IMG/VR virus record: IMGVR_UViG_3300031975_001631
From: a virus
Direction: 5' to 3' (one strand)
Length of the DNA stretch: 64,000 bases
In this document: positions 1 to 10,471 of the stretch, in pieces
Numbering within the stretch: position 1 is the first letter of the stretch
How the letters are laid out: each line of letters begins with the position of its first letter
Notes under the pieces: model-generated
Database searches by the model: none
What the model saw: only the letters and a program-made list of their open reading frames with translations
What the model was told of the DNA's origin: nothing
Translations under genes and position numbers: made by a program

Positions 1-1051
1 GAGCGATAATCTTAGATACAGCATCAAGAGGTTTCGACATAGCATCTTCAATTTCATCCAGAATTGCTCCAACAAAAGCACCAGTAAACTGTGCTCCCAT
101 ACATCCAGCATAGTTTCTTCCACTATCAATGAGATCAAAAAGTAAATCTTCGATAGTACCAGATAAACCTTCTACAGCTTTATTTGCAGCACATCCAATT
201 GCTGATTGTAAAAAAGAAACTGGAGACAACAGTGCAGTTTGTGCAGCAACACCAGCAGCATGAGCGATAATTGCAGATTGAGTTGCAGCAAGAACTTTAG
301 CGTAAACTGCAGCATATAAAGCTTTAAGACCTTGTTGTCCTAAACCTTCTAATTTATCAAATAACTTTTCAATCATTGTGCCAACGAATCTGTTGGCTTG
401 AACTTCAATAAGATCAGCTGCTAGTCTAACTTCATTAGATAAGTTAGTACCAGCAAGAGCAAGACTTTCTACTTTACTAGCAAGATTTTCTACTACATTT
501 GCAATCTGACTAATAGGATTAGTTTGACAAGTATCAGCAGTTAGAACTTTTATTTTTGCTGCAGCAACATTGTCTGGTTTTGCAGTGTTTGGTGATGTGT
601 TAGGAGTTGGCTGTGATTCTTCGTTCTGTTCGTTTGTTTGTGATCTGGGTACTCTAGCACTTTCTGGGGTAGATTTTGTGTATGATCCAAACAGTTCCTC
701 CACGAGTGAAGTTCTAGGAAATTGTCCTAGAATCATTGGGATTTGTTCTTCATCATCAAGAAAAAATCCAAAAACTAAATCATTCTGCTGAATTACAGTG
801 GACTGAGCATAATTTGCACCACCGGCACCAGAAGTTGTTGGTAAGATTGCACATGCATACGGCAATTCTTTATCAGGTATGTCACCCTCATTATCATGAA
901 GACCACAGACTCTAATTTTATACCTATTACTAAGTCCCTTACCATTAACTACTTGCTCTTCTTGAGCACTAATAGGAGCAACTCTTGCAATAAAGGGTTT
1001 AAATGGTAATTTAGTAGTATAGTTGTAAAATAAATTGCTAGCGTCTGTCAT
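1..1051 (-). CDS. gp5: Baseplate hub subunit gp5-like, N-terminal part (runs off the left edge)
   Basis: Manual translation from ATG at 1051: MTDASNLF...RYKIRVCGLHD...LPYA..ILPTTSGAGG....V.GFFLD..EQIPMILG, the gp5 N-terminal OB-fold pattern; not in the ORF track because it is truncated. Confidence 0.8.
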   Translation of the reverse strand, partial: MTDASNLFYNYTTKLPFKPFIARVAPISAQEEQVVNGKGLSNRYKIRVCGLHDNEGDIPDKELPYACAILPTTSGAGGANYAQSTVIQQNDLVFGFFLDDEEQIPMILGQFPRTSLVEELFGSYTKSTPESARVPRSQTNEQNEESQPTPNTSPNTAKPDNVAAAKIKVLTADTCQTNPISQIANVVENLASKVESLALAGTNLSNEVRLAADLIEVQANRFVGTMIEKLFDKLEGLGQQGLKALYAAVYAKVLAATQSAIIAHAAGVAAQTALLSPVSFLQSAIGCAANKAVEGLSGTIEDLLFDLIDSGRNYAGCMGAQFTGAFVGAILDEIEDAMSKPLDAVSKIIA

Positions 1052-1278
1052 CAGTCCTCGTAAATCCTACATTCATCTGCATCTGGTTCCATCTCACAAA
1101 AAAGTTCTAATGCAGTAGGATCATGATGATCTCCTGCCTCAATTTCTTTTTTATGGTTTTCTGCATAGACTTCTAGCTCATGAAGTTCTCCCTCAATGTG
1201 CCTCCGTTGATTTGGAGAAATCAGAGGATTATCAAGGATTTCTTTGTCCTTTGCAATGTGAGTTTCGATGTTTTTCAT
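1051..1278 (-). CDS. cp12: Phage CP12 (Calvin-cycle inhibitor)
   Basis: C-terminal CP12 motif DPTALELFCEMEPDADECRIYED with a Cys pair; 75 aa. Confidence 0.9.
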   Translation of the reverse strand: MKNIETHIAKDKEILDNPLISPNQRRHIEGELHELEVYAENHKKEIEAGDHHDPTALELFCEMEPDADECRIYED

Positions 1279-2571
1279 TTAACTTTTTGTTTTAATTCCG
1301 GGATTGTCTTTAACCAACCGCATAGCCGTATATGACTTATTAGGGAAAAACTTATGGGTAATTTCCTTAATAATATATAGACCGCTTTGCCTACGGTCAA
1401 TGTCAGGAGATTCACTTGATACTTTTGGGAACTCTAGATGTACAGCATCCCCAGCACATAAATTAGTGTTGACAGGAACCAGGATATGGCAATCAATATT
1501 CGTAAAAGAGCTATATCTAGCAGCTGATTGACCAACAGAATCTAAGGGATTGTAAGCTCTGCTAGTAGATACTCCCACATCTAGAGTACCTACATTATAC
1601 ATCCCAACGAAGGTTCTGGAGTTATTTGGGGGACTTTGTTTTGGATCGACAATTTTTGGTATAGGACTTTTTTCCCCCAATTTGGTCCCACCTTTTGGTT
1701 CAAATTTAGATACTGTTCGTGGAGTAGTCTCATAATTATATGGATCGATAAAAATACGATTTGAAGAATACTCTCCTTTAGATATCGACTCCGAAAGATC
1801 GATAGTTTTATTTACACGAAAATCAAGCAGTGATGTAGCTTGATATTTGGGATTTCTATGACCATCTTCAAAAGTTTGTCTATAGTAATATCTCTGAACG
1901 ATTTTTTTGTTTTTTATCGCAGTTTTAGATAATCCATCCATGGATTTAAAGTTAAATCCTCTCTTTGTCTGCCAAAAGAAAAATCCTGCAGAATTACTTT
2001 TAGCACCTACAGGAACTGCTCTAGCTGCTAACTTAATAGCCCACCAAAAAGGTAGTTTCATATTGCCAGTAAGAGGCCATACAGTTTCTGTTTGCTCAAA
2101 ATCAACTGGTTGTGTTGGTTGCACTAATCCAATAATTTTTGACAGAGTTTTATCAATTGTCATACCTGTGTATTTTCTACTTACCCTGATTTGTCTTGCA
2201 GAAATTGCTTCTCTTGAAGTTAAATGTAAAACAAATCCCTCCATCTGTCGATTACTAATATAATTAGTGACTTTATCGACAACCATTGTATACTCAAATG
2301 ATCCGGGTTTTTCAAAAATCGCATCAAATGGAGTTTTGATCTTAATATTTACCTGTTCTCCACCAATTATAGGTAATCCATGATATAGCCCTTGACCATC
2401 GATAGTATTACCAGTATTTGAAATTACCGCCAGTGCTGTTACAATTGGTGAATATAGATCCTCAAAATATTGAAAATCAATCACACCATTAATAATAGAT
2501 ACAGTCTTATCTTGTTCTTTCGATGTTATGTCAAATTTCTCATAGATTGATGCTCCAGTTGATGCAGACAT
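1279..2571 (-). CDS. Baseplate hub/tail protein (gp27-like)
   Basis: 430-aa ORF within the baseplate operon; position and size only. Confidence 0.5.
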   Translation of the reverse strand: MSASTGASIYEKFDITSKEQDKTVSIINGVIDFQYFEDLYSPIVTALAVISNTGNTIDGQGLYHGLPIIGGEQVNIKIKTPFDAIFEKPGSFEYTMVVDKVTNYISNRQMEGFVLHLTSREAISARQIRVSRKYTGMTIDKTLSKIIGLVQPTQPVDFEQTETVWPLTGNMKLPFWWAIKLAARAVPVGAKSNSAGFFFWQTKRGFNFKSMDGLSKTAIKNKKIVQRYYYRQTFEDGHRNPKYQATSLLDFRVNKTIDLSESISKGEYSSNRIFIDPYNYETTPRTVSKFEPKGGTKLGEKSPIPKIVDPKQSPPNNSRTFVGMYNVGTLDVGVSTSRAYNPLDSVGQSAARYSSFTNIDCHILVPVNTNLCAGDAVHLEFPKVSSESPDIDRRQSGLYIIKEITHKFFPNKSYTAMRLVKDNPGIKTKS

Positions 2572-4103
2572 TATCCCAACCTCACTACTTTTTGGATATC
2601 AGTGATTATATTAGAGTTGGAACTTTGACCAAAACTTTCTATGGTTCCCGAATCAGATCCCATATCACTTGAAGCTTGACCACTACTAATATTTAGAGAT
2701 GCAAGATCAAATGGAACTACTATAGGTTCTTGTAAAGATCCAGCAGATGCTACCGTTGATGATCTTTTTACTCCCTCTAAAGATGAGACAAGCCTCTTAG
2801 GAGCAGCAACAACTTCTCCAGTAAAAGGAGCAGTGCCAGGGAATCCATATTCCATGGGATTAATTGCATTCTTTCTAGGATATCCGGTAATACCCTCTGC
2901 TTTACCGAGTTCCCAATGCAAGTGTGGTCCACGAGATTTTCCAGTTGATCCTACTCTACCAATGATATCGCCTGGCTTAACCCTGTCTCCTTTCTTATAT
3001 GGGGTCCTTTCCATCATGTGTCCATAAAAATGCTCCAGTCCATTTGCATCCACGAACACAACATAGTTACCATAATTCTTTTCAAATCCTCCATCAGTGA
3101 TAGTAGAATTTGACGGAACCGTGAGCGCAGAACCAAACTCCGCAGGAATATCTAATCCCATATGGCCGCGGTTAGCACCAATACCATCTCCTATCCTATA
3201 TCCAGGAGGTTTTTTCCCAGTATCTTGGAATATTAATCCAGATGTTTGTGGTTGTACTCCAGAAGAAGGTGCGGGTCTAGCTTGAACAGGAGGTGAAGGA
3301 GGAAGAGTAGTTGGAGGCTGCATAATAGTCTCTACTTGCTGATTGTACTCTTGTTGAGTAATTTCTCCACTGTCTAGTCTTTCCTTAGCTTCTGCAATTT
3401 GAGTCTGCTGTTTAACACTTCGTCCAGTAGGTATTGCAGATGTTGTTGGCAAAGGATCTAATCCTAGTTTTTTTCTAGCATCAGCAATTTCTGCTTCACT
3501 CTGTGCTTTTAAATCTTCTAGATCTCTAACAGTATCTTTGAATGTAATGTCAACATCTTTTTGAAGTTGGGAGAAATCGTTACCTAAATCTTCCAACTCT
3601 TTTGTAACTTCCCTTTCACTTGTAAATATTTTTCCAGATATTAAATCTCTGCTTAGTGCAGCAGCTGTATCCATAATGCCTCGCAAGACATTTCCAAAGC
3701 TATTGAAAACTTTAACAATATTATCATACAAATTCTTAACGAAATTAGTTACATCCTCAACAATTACAATAATTCTTGGGAGATTTGCCAATAACCAATC
3801 AAGAAGAATCCAACCAGCTGCTTTCAGTAACCCAGAGAATATACTCTTAGATCCTTTAATAGCAGAAGAAATTCCACCTTTAATAAAATTCTGAGGTTTT
3901 TTTGCCTCTACAATTTTTTCTGCATCTTTTGTTCTTGCAGTGTCAACTTCTAATCTATCAAGACTTAACTTAGTCGTTTCTCTTTGCTTATCTTTTCTAA
4001 TCTCCTTACCTAAAGACTTCCTAAGACCTTGAGTGGTCTGCCTAATAGAGAGCAAACCTACATCAACAATATTTAAAGCTTCGTTGGTTGGAATTAATTT
4101 CAT
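2571..4103 (-). CDS. Virion-associated protein with M23 metallopeptidase domain
   Basis: HMGLD (HxxxD), YGHM and GPHLHWE motifs after a coiled-coil N-terminus and a Pro-rich linker. Confidence 0.85.
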   Translation of the reverse strand: MKLIPTNEALNIVDVGLLSIRQTTQGLRKSLGKEIRKDKQRETTKLSLDRLEVDTARTKDAEKIVEAKKPQNFIKGGISSAIKGSKSIFSGLLKAAGWILLDWLLANLPRIIVIVEDVTNFVKNLYDNIVKVFNSFGNVLRGIMDTAAALSRDLISGKIFTSEREVTKELEDLGNDFSQLQKDVDITFKDTVRDLEDLKAQSEAEIADARKKLGLDPLPTTSAIPTGRSVKQQTQIAEAKERLDSGEITQQEYNQQVETIMQPPTTLPPSPPVQARPAPSSGVQPQTSGLIFQDTGKKPPGYRIGDGIGANRGHMGLDIPAEFGSALTVPSNSTITDGGFEKNYGNYVVFVDANGLEHFYGHMMERTPYKKGDRVKPGDIIGRVGSTGKSRGPHLHWELGKAEGITGYPRKNAINPMEYGFPGTAPFTGEVVAAPKRLVSSLEGVKRSSTVASAGSLQEPIVVPFDLASLNISSGQASSDMGSDSGTIESFGQSSNSNIITDIQKVVRLG

Positions 4104-4106
4104 AAT

Positions 4107-5792
4107 TTATGCTTCATATACTGATCTTGCAAAATTAATCCATTCATTATTTGGATTCGTTGTACGAATATCAGGCAATGCAGTTCCAGATGGAGTGGAT
4201 GAAACGGGTTCTCCACTATCACCACTAGGAGATCCAACAGGTTGTACAACTACAAGTGGCACCGATGCTACAGTGCCTTCTACATTATTAAATCGTGAGC
4301 TAACTGGTTCAAGTGAAAACCCAAAATTTGGAGGAATTGGTGCAACTTGCTCTGGTGTTATATTTGTTGGTCCATTCGATTGTGGCATCTGTTGCACAGG
4401 AGGAGCAACAGTAGATGCAGCAGGAGCACTACTAGTAGGTGGAGTCTCAGCTTTACCAAGACCCTTATTCATTTGCTGAACAATATCGTTTAGATCAGAC
4501 AATCTGTTTGGATCCGGTTCACCTCCAAATCTCGGTATTCCTAGAATTCCAGGTTTATCAAGGAACATAGCCTCATCAAACATCCCCACTCTAGCATTAA
4601 AGAAATTCTTTCCTTGCTCCGTTAACTTAGTATCTCTAATACCCTGGATAAATTCCATAGATTTTATCATACTGGTCTTCAATTTTTCATATTCATCATA
4701 TTTTCTCTTATCTTCTGGACTCAATTTAGACACATCTTTTTGCACCTTTGATAAAGCAAGTCCTACATCTTTATTCAAAGTTTCATATCTACTAGTATTT
4801 TGGCGCAATACCTTAATAGCAGCAATTATATGATTAAGTTGAACTTTATCTTCATCAGTAATATTCTCACCAATTGCATTTCCATATACTCCATCTATAA
4901 GTTGCTGTCTTTGGTGCTCAATTTCATTAAGTATTCCAAATGGATCTAAGTAAATTCTTTCAGGAGAAGCTGTAGTTGTACCTCTTAAAGCGGGTTTTTG
5001 CTTGTATATTTTTTCTTCTTCCTCATAAAGCATTTCTAATGTACTCTCTCTTCCATGTTTCAAATAATGATCGATAGTTTTTCGTTTTGATTCTGAAAAA
5101 CTACTTCGACCACTTCCGAACCTATCATTTTTAATAATATCAAAAAGTGTGACACCAGCTGCCACAGCTATAGCACCTATCAAAAGATATGGGTTTGCCA
5201 ATAACCCTAGGATCTTTGGAATGTTGAGCAGCATTGATGTAAGAACACCACTAATTGTTCCAGTAATTGCACCAATGCCACCATTCAGAGCAAGTGCAAC
5301 ACCACCAGCAATCGCCAATCCCTTAATAAGATCGTTCTTTATCTTTTCAAAAGCATCATTATCACCCTCTGACCATGCTTCTAAGGCATCTAATCCTTTT
5401 ATTCCTAACCACCCTAAGAACAATGCCTCAAGTGCTTTCATAAAGCGACCAAAAGGTCCCATTGCCCGTTTCTTTAAAGCCTCAATTGGTTTAACTAACC
5501 CATTCTTAAGAGCAGATTCAATAAAGTTTTCTTTTGTACCTTTTTTAAGACTATCTGCGGATTCTCTCTTTTGCTTTATCTCTCTCTTATCTTCTTCTGC
5601 ATCTTGAGCGTTTCTACCACTAATCAGATCTGCAATTGCAGTTAGATTTCTTTGGATTGCAAAGATGTTTTTGTTTAACGAATTATATTGCTTGACAGTC
5701 AAGTTCCCCTCAGGAACTCCTGGGTTGTCAACATTACCCTCGGGAGTTCCCTTCTGACCTGGTGGAAGTAGCTTTGTAGGGTCAATAACCAT
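4107..5792 (-). CDS. Baseplate hub/tape-measure-like protein
   Basis: 561 aa, helical with a hydrophobic Gly/Ala stretch, between gp51 and the M23 protein. Confidence 0.45.
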   Translation of the reverse strand: MVIDPTKLLPPGQKGTPEGNVDNPGVPEGNLTVKQYNSLNKNIFAIQRNLTAIADLISGRNAQDAEEDKREIKQKRESADSLKKGTKENFIESALKNGLVKPIEALKKRAMGPFGRFMKALEALFLGWLGIKGLDALEAWSEGDNDAFEKIKNDLIKGLAIAGGVALALNGGIGAITGTISGVLTSMLLNIPKILGLLANPYLLIGAIAVAAGVTLFDIIKNDRFGSGRSSFSESKRKTIDHYLKHGRESTLEMLYEEEEKIYKQKPALRGTTTASPERIYLDPFGILNEIEHQRQQLIDGVYGNAIGENITDEDKVQLNHIIAAIKVLRQNTSRYETLNKDVGLALSKVQKDVSKLSPEDKRKYDEYEKLKTSMIKSMEFIQGIRDTKLTEQGKNFFNARVGMFDEAMFLDKPGILGIPRFGGEPDPNRLSDLNDIVQQMNKGLGKAETPPTSSAPAASTVAPPVQQMPQSNGPTNITPEQVAPIPPNFGFSLEPVSSRFNNVEGTVASVPLVVVQPVGSPSGDSGEPVSSTPSGTALPDIRTTNPNNEWINFARSVYEA

Positions 5793-5961
5793 TAGATTGT
5801 TGTGCCTTTAAATTCTGCTCTTCAATAAATGTCTCTAATAAACTAAGATAAATGTCCCTTTCCCAAGGGATCATATTTTCAATATCACTCAAGGAGTATT
5901 TATGATGCTGCATGAGGGCGAAATTAACTTTGTAGTAAGCTACAATATCCTCATGTAACAT
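5782..5961 (-). CDS. gp51: Baseplate hub assembly catalyst gp51
   Basis: Manual translation MLHEDIVAYYKVNFALMQHHKYSLSDIENMIPWERDIYLSLLETFIEEQNLKAQQSNGY; follows gp26. Confidence 0.85.
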   Translation of the reverse strand: MLHEDIVAYYKVNFALMQHHKYSLSDIENMIPWERDIYLSLLETFIEEQNLKAQQSNGY

Positions 5962-5963
5962 CG

Positions 5964-6677
5964 CTAGCTGAAAAAAGATGCTAATCCCTCAAGTACGATC
6001 TCATTTTCTACATTAGTATTCGGGTTCTCAAATTTAACAGTATGAGAAAGCTTAGGCATAGTATTAAAGAAGGATTCGATTTGTTTGAACTGAGAAGAAT
6101 TCAAACCCTCAATAAATTCAATCCATTCCTTCTTAGGTGTATCCTTTGACTCCCAAGTCTCATCATCCGAGTAAATCATATCAACACAGGATGCAATGAC
6201 ATCGAATGATGCATTGAGATCAAGACCGGCACCAAAATTTTGACTGATGAACTCTCCAAGAGATGGATACTTCATCCTCAGAGTTAAAGTATCATCTAAT
6301 TTGATATCTCGATTATGTTCAGGATAATCAATAACCTGAATTTCATCAATATAGACTGTCAAGGGAACTTTAGTTTCTCCATCATCCTGACAGGTAACAA
6401 TAACATCAATAGATTCTCCAACTGACTTTCCACGAACATTCAAAAATAGATATTCGATATCAAAAGTAGAGAGTTCATTTACTTTCACACCACGAGTGAT
6501 GATACATGCGGTGAGAACATCTTTGATAGCTCTCGCAATCTGTTCAATGTCCTCGCTCTCCATAGCCAAAACAAGAACTTTTTCTTCTTTGACTAGGAAT
6601 GGGCGATACTTAATTTTTTTCTTTGTGGACGGAATAACCAACTCAAATGTCGGAGTTGCAATCTTTGGTAAAGACAT
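5964..6677 (-). CDS. gp26: Baseplate hub subunit gp26
   Basis: MSLPKIATPTFEL...KYRPFLVKEEK, DIEYLFLNVRGKSVGE, FFNTMPKL. Confidence 0.9.
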   Translation of the reverse strand: MSLPKIATPTFELVIPSTKKKIKYRPFLVKEEKVLVLAMESEDIEQIARAIKDVLTACIITRGVKVNELSTFDIEYLFLNVRGKSVGESIDVIVTCQDDGETKVPLTVYIDEIQVIDYPEHNRDIKLDDTLTLRMKYPSLGEFISQNFGAGLDLNASFDVIASCVDMIYSDDETWESKDTPKKEWIEFIEGLNSSQFKQIESFFNTMPKLSHTVKFENPNTNVENEIVLEGLASFFS

Positions 6678-6702
6678 AATAATTGTTCAGTAATTTTATT
6701 TA

Positions 6703-7506
6703 TTAGGGTCTAAAAGGTATTACCTCAAGAGGTTGAACCCTAGGAGGGTTATTTTGATCAGTTTTTGCAGCTAGTCCACTATCTCCATTAGGATCACTGG
6801 AGTATTCTCTCCCCGTCGTTCTCTCATATTCTTTCTTATCCTCCACAGACCATTGAGTTGAAACCTCTCTCTGATCTGAACGGGTATCTAAACTACCAAT
6901 ACTTCCAAGAACATACCTATCATAACTGAAAGTCACAGTAATTTCTAGAACTCGATTAGTTCCATAATCTACTGCAGATGGGACGATATTAACTGGGAAC
7001 GCATTGATAAAGGTATAGTCTATCTTCTGGAAGTGGTCTTTGTCAAACTTACTTACACCCATTTGACTACACTTATAGTTGTCGGGAAACAACATTCTAC
7101 TGTAATAGGCTCTTTTATCTTGACTTACTTCTCCACCACTTGCAATAAATTCTTGCCATAGTTGGAAGAACTTTAACACAAGATAGTTCTTATCAACAAT
7201 AAAGGTGAATGAACTATCGGTAAAGACTCTTGTGTGGGCATACTTTTGGACAATACCCATGTAATTGCCTTTTATTTGTGCGGTAGCAAAAGCAGCACCA
7301 GGAAGTTCTGCTCCCTTACACAACAAATTTAACTCCCTGGTAAGAAAATACCGAGAAAGTAAAGGTTCCTTCGCTTGAACATAATTTAATAAACCGGTTG
7401 GGAAAGCCAGAAGTTGAAACTCGAAATGATTCGTTGTAGCTACATTCGTAAACAACGATTTTATTTCTGTTGTAGTTCTCTTCCTGGGGTAATTTCGTCG
7501 TGGCAC
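6703..7506 (-). CDS. Tail-tube-like protein (gp19/gp54 family)
   Basis: LCKGAELPG, FQLWQEFI, FINAFP, ITVTFSY tube-family pattern. Confidence 0.65.
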   Translation of the reverse strand: MPRRNYPRKRTTTEIKSLFTNVATTNHFEFQLLAFPTGLLNYVQAKEPLLSRYFLTRELNLLCKGAELPGAAFATAQIKGNYMGIVQKYAHTRVFTDSSFTFIVDKNYLVLKFFQLWQEFIASGGEVSQDKRAYYSRMLFPDNYKCSQMGVSKFDKDHFQKIDYTFINAFPVNIVPSAVDYGTNRVLEITVTFSYDRYVLGSIGSLDTRSDQREVSTQWSVEDKKEYERTTGREYSSDPNGDSGLAAKTDQNNPPRVQPLEVIPFRP

Positions 7507-7535
7507 ACTAAATACCTTAGGTTAAATATTTTATA

Positions 7536-7970
7536 ATGGCGTATAGAGGTAGATTTCAACCTAGCAATATTGAAAAATATCGAGGAGACCATCGCTCTAT
7601 TATTTATCGCAGTTTATGGGAACGAAAGTTCATGGTTTACTGTGATAGAAATGAAAACATTCTTGAATGGGGCAGTGAGGAGATTGTTATCCCATATCGT
7701 TCTCCTCTAGATGGAAGAATTCATAGATATTTTCCAGATTTCTATATCAAAGTTCGCGAAAACACGGGAGATATTAAAAGATATATTATAGAAGTGAAAC
7801 CAAAAAAGCAGTGTATTGAACCAAAGGTACAAAAGCAACGAACTAAAACATACATCCGTGAAGTTGCTGAGTATGCTAAAAATCAAGCGAAGTGGAAAGC
7901 TGCTACTGAATATTGTAAGGATAGATTATTTCAATTTAAAATCTTAACAGAGGACAATTTAGGTGTATGA
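7536..7970 (+). CDS. gp4: Head completion nuclease gp4
   Basis: YRSLWERKFMVYCD, WGSEE, HRYFPDF, IEVKP. Confidence 0.92.
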   Translation: MAYRGRFQPSNIEKYRGDHRSIIYRSLWERKFMVYCDRNENILEWGSEEIVIPYRSPLDGRIHRYFPDFYIKVRENTGDIKRYIIEVKPKKQCIEPKVQKQRTKTYIREVAEYAKNQAKWKAATEYCKDRLFQFKILTEDNLGV

Positions 7971-8314
7971 GTAGGTTACAACCCATAGTAGATGAACTTA
8001 TCGGTTTAGAACAACCAGAAGATATTTTCACTAAGATTATGGAAGTTTTAGACAATCTAGAAATTATTCCAGAAGGAGGAAAATTCTATACTTTTATATA
8101 CAAAGCAAAGACACCAAACATAAAATATGATGAGTTTCCACTAATTGCCTGCACTAGTGTAGATAAATGGGGATTCACTGGATTTAACTTTCATTGGAAT
8201 CTAACAAGAAACTATACTTGGGAAGAATGCCAAAGTCAGTTATATGTTATTGAGGCTAATGAACTTGAAGATGCCAGATCTTTATCATATGCAAAATTCA
8301 AAATGTCCACATAA
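7967..8314 (+). CDS. gp2: DNA end protector gp2-like
   Basis: FYTFIYKAKT..YDEFPLI...GFTGFNFHW; follows gp4. Confidence 0.6.
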   Translation: MSRLQPIVDELIGLEQPEDIFTKIMEVLDNLEIIPEGGKFYTFIYKAKTPNIKYDEFPLIACTSVDKWGFTGFNFHWNLTRNYTWEECQSQLYVIEANELEDARSLSYAKFKMST

Positions 8315-8333
8315 ATAACTAATAAAAAAACGG

Positions 8334-9257
8334 ATGGCTCATCCACAACTGCTTAGATATCCTCTCGATATTATAGACTCCACAACAGACTATATGTTTT
8401 TGGAGGTTATGGAATATGTGCCTTCAAAAGTACCTACTTTTGACCCAGGTAGTGGTAGAAGAAAACCGGGAACAGGAACTGATGTTTTTAAATCGGCAGG
8501 TACGAAAGCAAAACAAAGTATTATCTTACCAATACCAAATTCTATCGCATCAGTAAACAGAACTGGTTGGGGAGAAAGTAGAATATCTGCACTTGCTGGT
8601 TCAGGACTCAAGGCAGCAGGATTGTTAGTTGATGCAGCTACGGGTAAACTTCCTGAGGGTAGCAGTTTAGGTGAAACAGCTGCTGATTTTGCCGCCAGCG
8701 AAGCTTCAGGGTTGGGTGGCGGTACCGGTACTGGATTTGATTTGTATAGAAAATATTTTAAAACACAAGCTCAGAGAGCGATTGTTAATGCAGTTGCAGG
8801 AACTTCGATTGGATTAAATGATGTTCTTGGTAGACAAGAGGGTCAGATTATAAATCAAAATGTAGAACTACTGTTCAATAGTGTGTCTATTAGACCTTTT
8901 GGATTCAACTGGGATTTGACTCCTAGAAATATAAATGAGTCAAAATCAGTCCTACAAATCATAAAAACTCTTAAAAGGACATCTGCAGCAAAGTCAATAA
9001 AAGGTAAAAACGCATTCTTACAAGCACCGGATGTTTTTAGACTCAGCTATAAGAAAGGAACTGCAGATCAAAAATATCTGAATAAATTTAAATTATGTGC
9101 CCTAACAAGTGTTGGAGTAGATTACACGGGTTCTGGTATTCACGCAACATATAATGATGGGACACCGATTCATTATAGGTTGAATTTATCATTTACTGAG
9201 CTTGAACCAGTATATGCCGAAGATTATGACGACAACTACAACGACGCAGGATTCTAA
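8334..9257 (+). CDS. gp48: Baseplate tail-tube cap gp48
   Basis: LRYP, ILPIPN, NQNVELLFNSV..RPFGFNWDLTPRN, CALTSVGVDY, FTELEP. Confidence 0.85.
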   Translation: MAHPQLLRYPLDIIDSTTDYMFLEVMEYVPSKVPTFDPGSGRRKPGTGTDVFKSAGTKAKQSIILPIPNSIASVNRTGWGESRISALAGSGLKAAGLLVDAATGKLPEGSSLGETAADFAASEASGLGGGTGTGFDLYRKYFKTQAQRAIVNAVAGTSIGLNDVLGRQEGQIINQNVELLFNSVSIRPFGFNWDLTPRNINESKSVLQIIKTLKRTSAAKSIKGKNAFLQAPDVFRLSYKKGTADQKYLNKFKLCALTSVGVDYTGSGIHATYNDGTPIHYRLNLSFTELEPVYAEDYDDNYNDAGF

Positions 9258-9898
9258 TGGCTAGTCACTCATACTTCAATCTTTTACCAAACTTCCAATA
9301 CCTCAACCCCAATCAATCTGGTGGTAGAAAGAAGCAATATGTAGAGGTAAAGAATCTTTTTACGCGAATGAAGATCAGAGACTCTGTTTCTGAGTTTGCA
9401 ACTAACCTGACAAAATACGATATTGATGAAAATCAACGACCTGATGATGTCGCTAATGAATTATATGGCGATCCAAATTATGATTGGGTAGTTTTATTGA
9501 CTGCCAATATCATCAATGTCAGAGATGAATGGCCATTATCATCTAGACAACTATATGATGTTATGTATGACAAGTATGAGGAAAATCTAAATTCTACTCG
9601 TCACTATGAGACAAAAGAAACAAAAGATTCTCAAGGAAGACTTTTAATTCCTGGCGGTCAGGTTGTTGATTCCACATTTAGAATCCCAAACCCAGACTCT
9701 CCTGGTCAAGATATTAACCCAACTGTTGGAGTTTCTAATTGGCTAGTGGAAGTAAGAAAAAACAATAAAAAACGAACGATAAGAGTACTCAGAAGTGAAT
9801 ACTTAACATCGTTCGTTAATGAATTTAGAGATTTTCTAGAATATCAAGAATCTTCTCAGTTTGATCCTCAGACTGGAATTAAAATTGCTTCTGACTAA
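9257..9898 (+). CDS. gp53: Baseplate wedge gp53
   Basis: YFNLLPN, RPDDVANELYGDPNYDWVVLLTANI, HYET. Confidence 0.9.
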   Translation: MASHSYFNLLPNFQYLNPNQSGGRKKQYVEVKNLFTRMKIRDSVSEFATNLTKYDIDENQRPDDVANELYGDPNYDWVVLLTANIINVRDEWPLSSRQLYDVMYDKYEENLNSTRHYETKETKDSQGRLLIPGGQVVDSTFRIPNPDSPGQDINPTVGVSNWLVEVRKNNKKRTIRVLRSEYLTSFVNEFRDFLEYQESSQFDPQTGIKIASD

Positions 9899-10299
9899 AG
9901 AAGTGCTTCTAGTTGTGATGCCGTAGTTGCAGAATTAATATCAGAATAGGGTACAACAGGATTATCTTTCAGTACTGGAGATTCTCCCTTCATTTCTGCT
10001 AGTGCTGTAATCTCTTGATTCTCGGTTCTGATCTGCAGATACCGACTTTCCAGCTCTTTCTGGCACAGATTTTTTGCACTTACAAGATCCACATCCACAG
10101 CTGAATTTGAGTGGTTGTATTTCCATGCGTTTCTGAATACTGTAGAGGGCAATTCGGTATGAGAGATCATCGAGTACTCTGATGTAGGTACATCCTTAGA
10201 GATGATATCTATATCAGAGAGAATGCACTGATCTGACGGAATGACGACATTACAAAACCCGTCAGGGCCATTATAAACAATTACTTGAGTGCGTGACAT
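9895..10299 (-). CDS. Hypothetical, tail-fibre-assembly-like
   Basis: 134-aa ORF with an FRNAW motif. Confidence 0.4.
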   Translation of the reverse strand: MSRTQVIVYNGPDGFCNVVIPSDQCILSDIDIISKDVPTSEYSMISHTELPSTVFRNAWKYNHSNSAVDVDLVSAKNLCQKELESRYLQIRTENQEITALAEMKGESPVLKDNPVVPYSDINSATTASQLEALL

Positions 10300-10301
10300 T
10301 A

Positions 10302-10460
10302 TCAGGCAGAAACAACTACAATATTCTGAGCAGACGGGAAGAGTTGCGTTACTCTTGTTTCTGCCATACTAGCAGATTCAGCAATTACTTCAAGTCTTTG
10401 AGTATTGGTATTGTCACCATCATCGTATGTGACAATATATCTATTACCGGAGAAAGACAT
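10302..10460 (-). CDS. Small hypothetical protein (52 aa)
   Basis: Manual translation MSFSGNRYIVTYDDGDNTNTQRLEVIAESASMAETRVTQLFPSAQNIVVVSA; fills the gap downstream of a late promoter. Confidence 0.6.
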   Translation of the reverse strand: MSFSGNRYIVTYDDGDNTNTQRLEVIAESASMAETRVTQLFPSAQNIVVVSA

Positions 10461-10471
10461 TTTTAGCTAGA

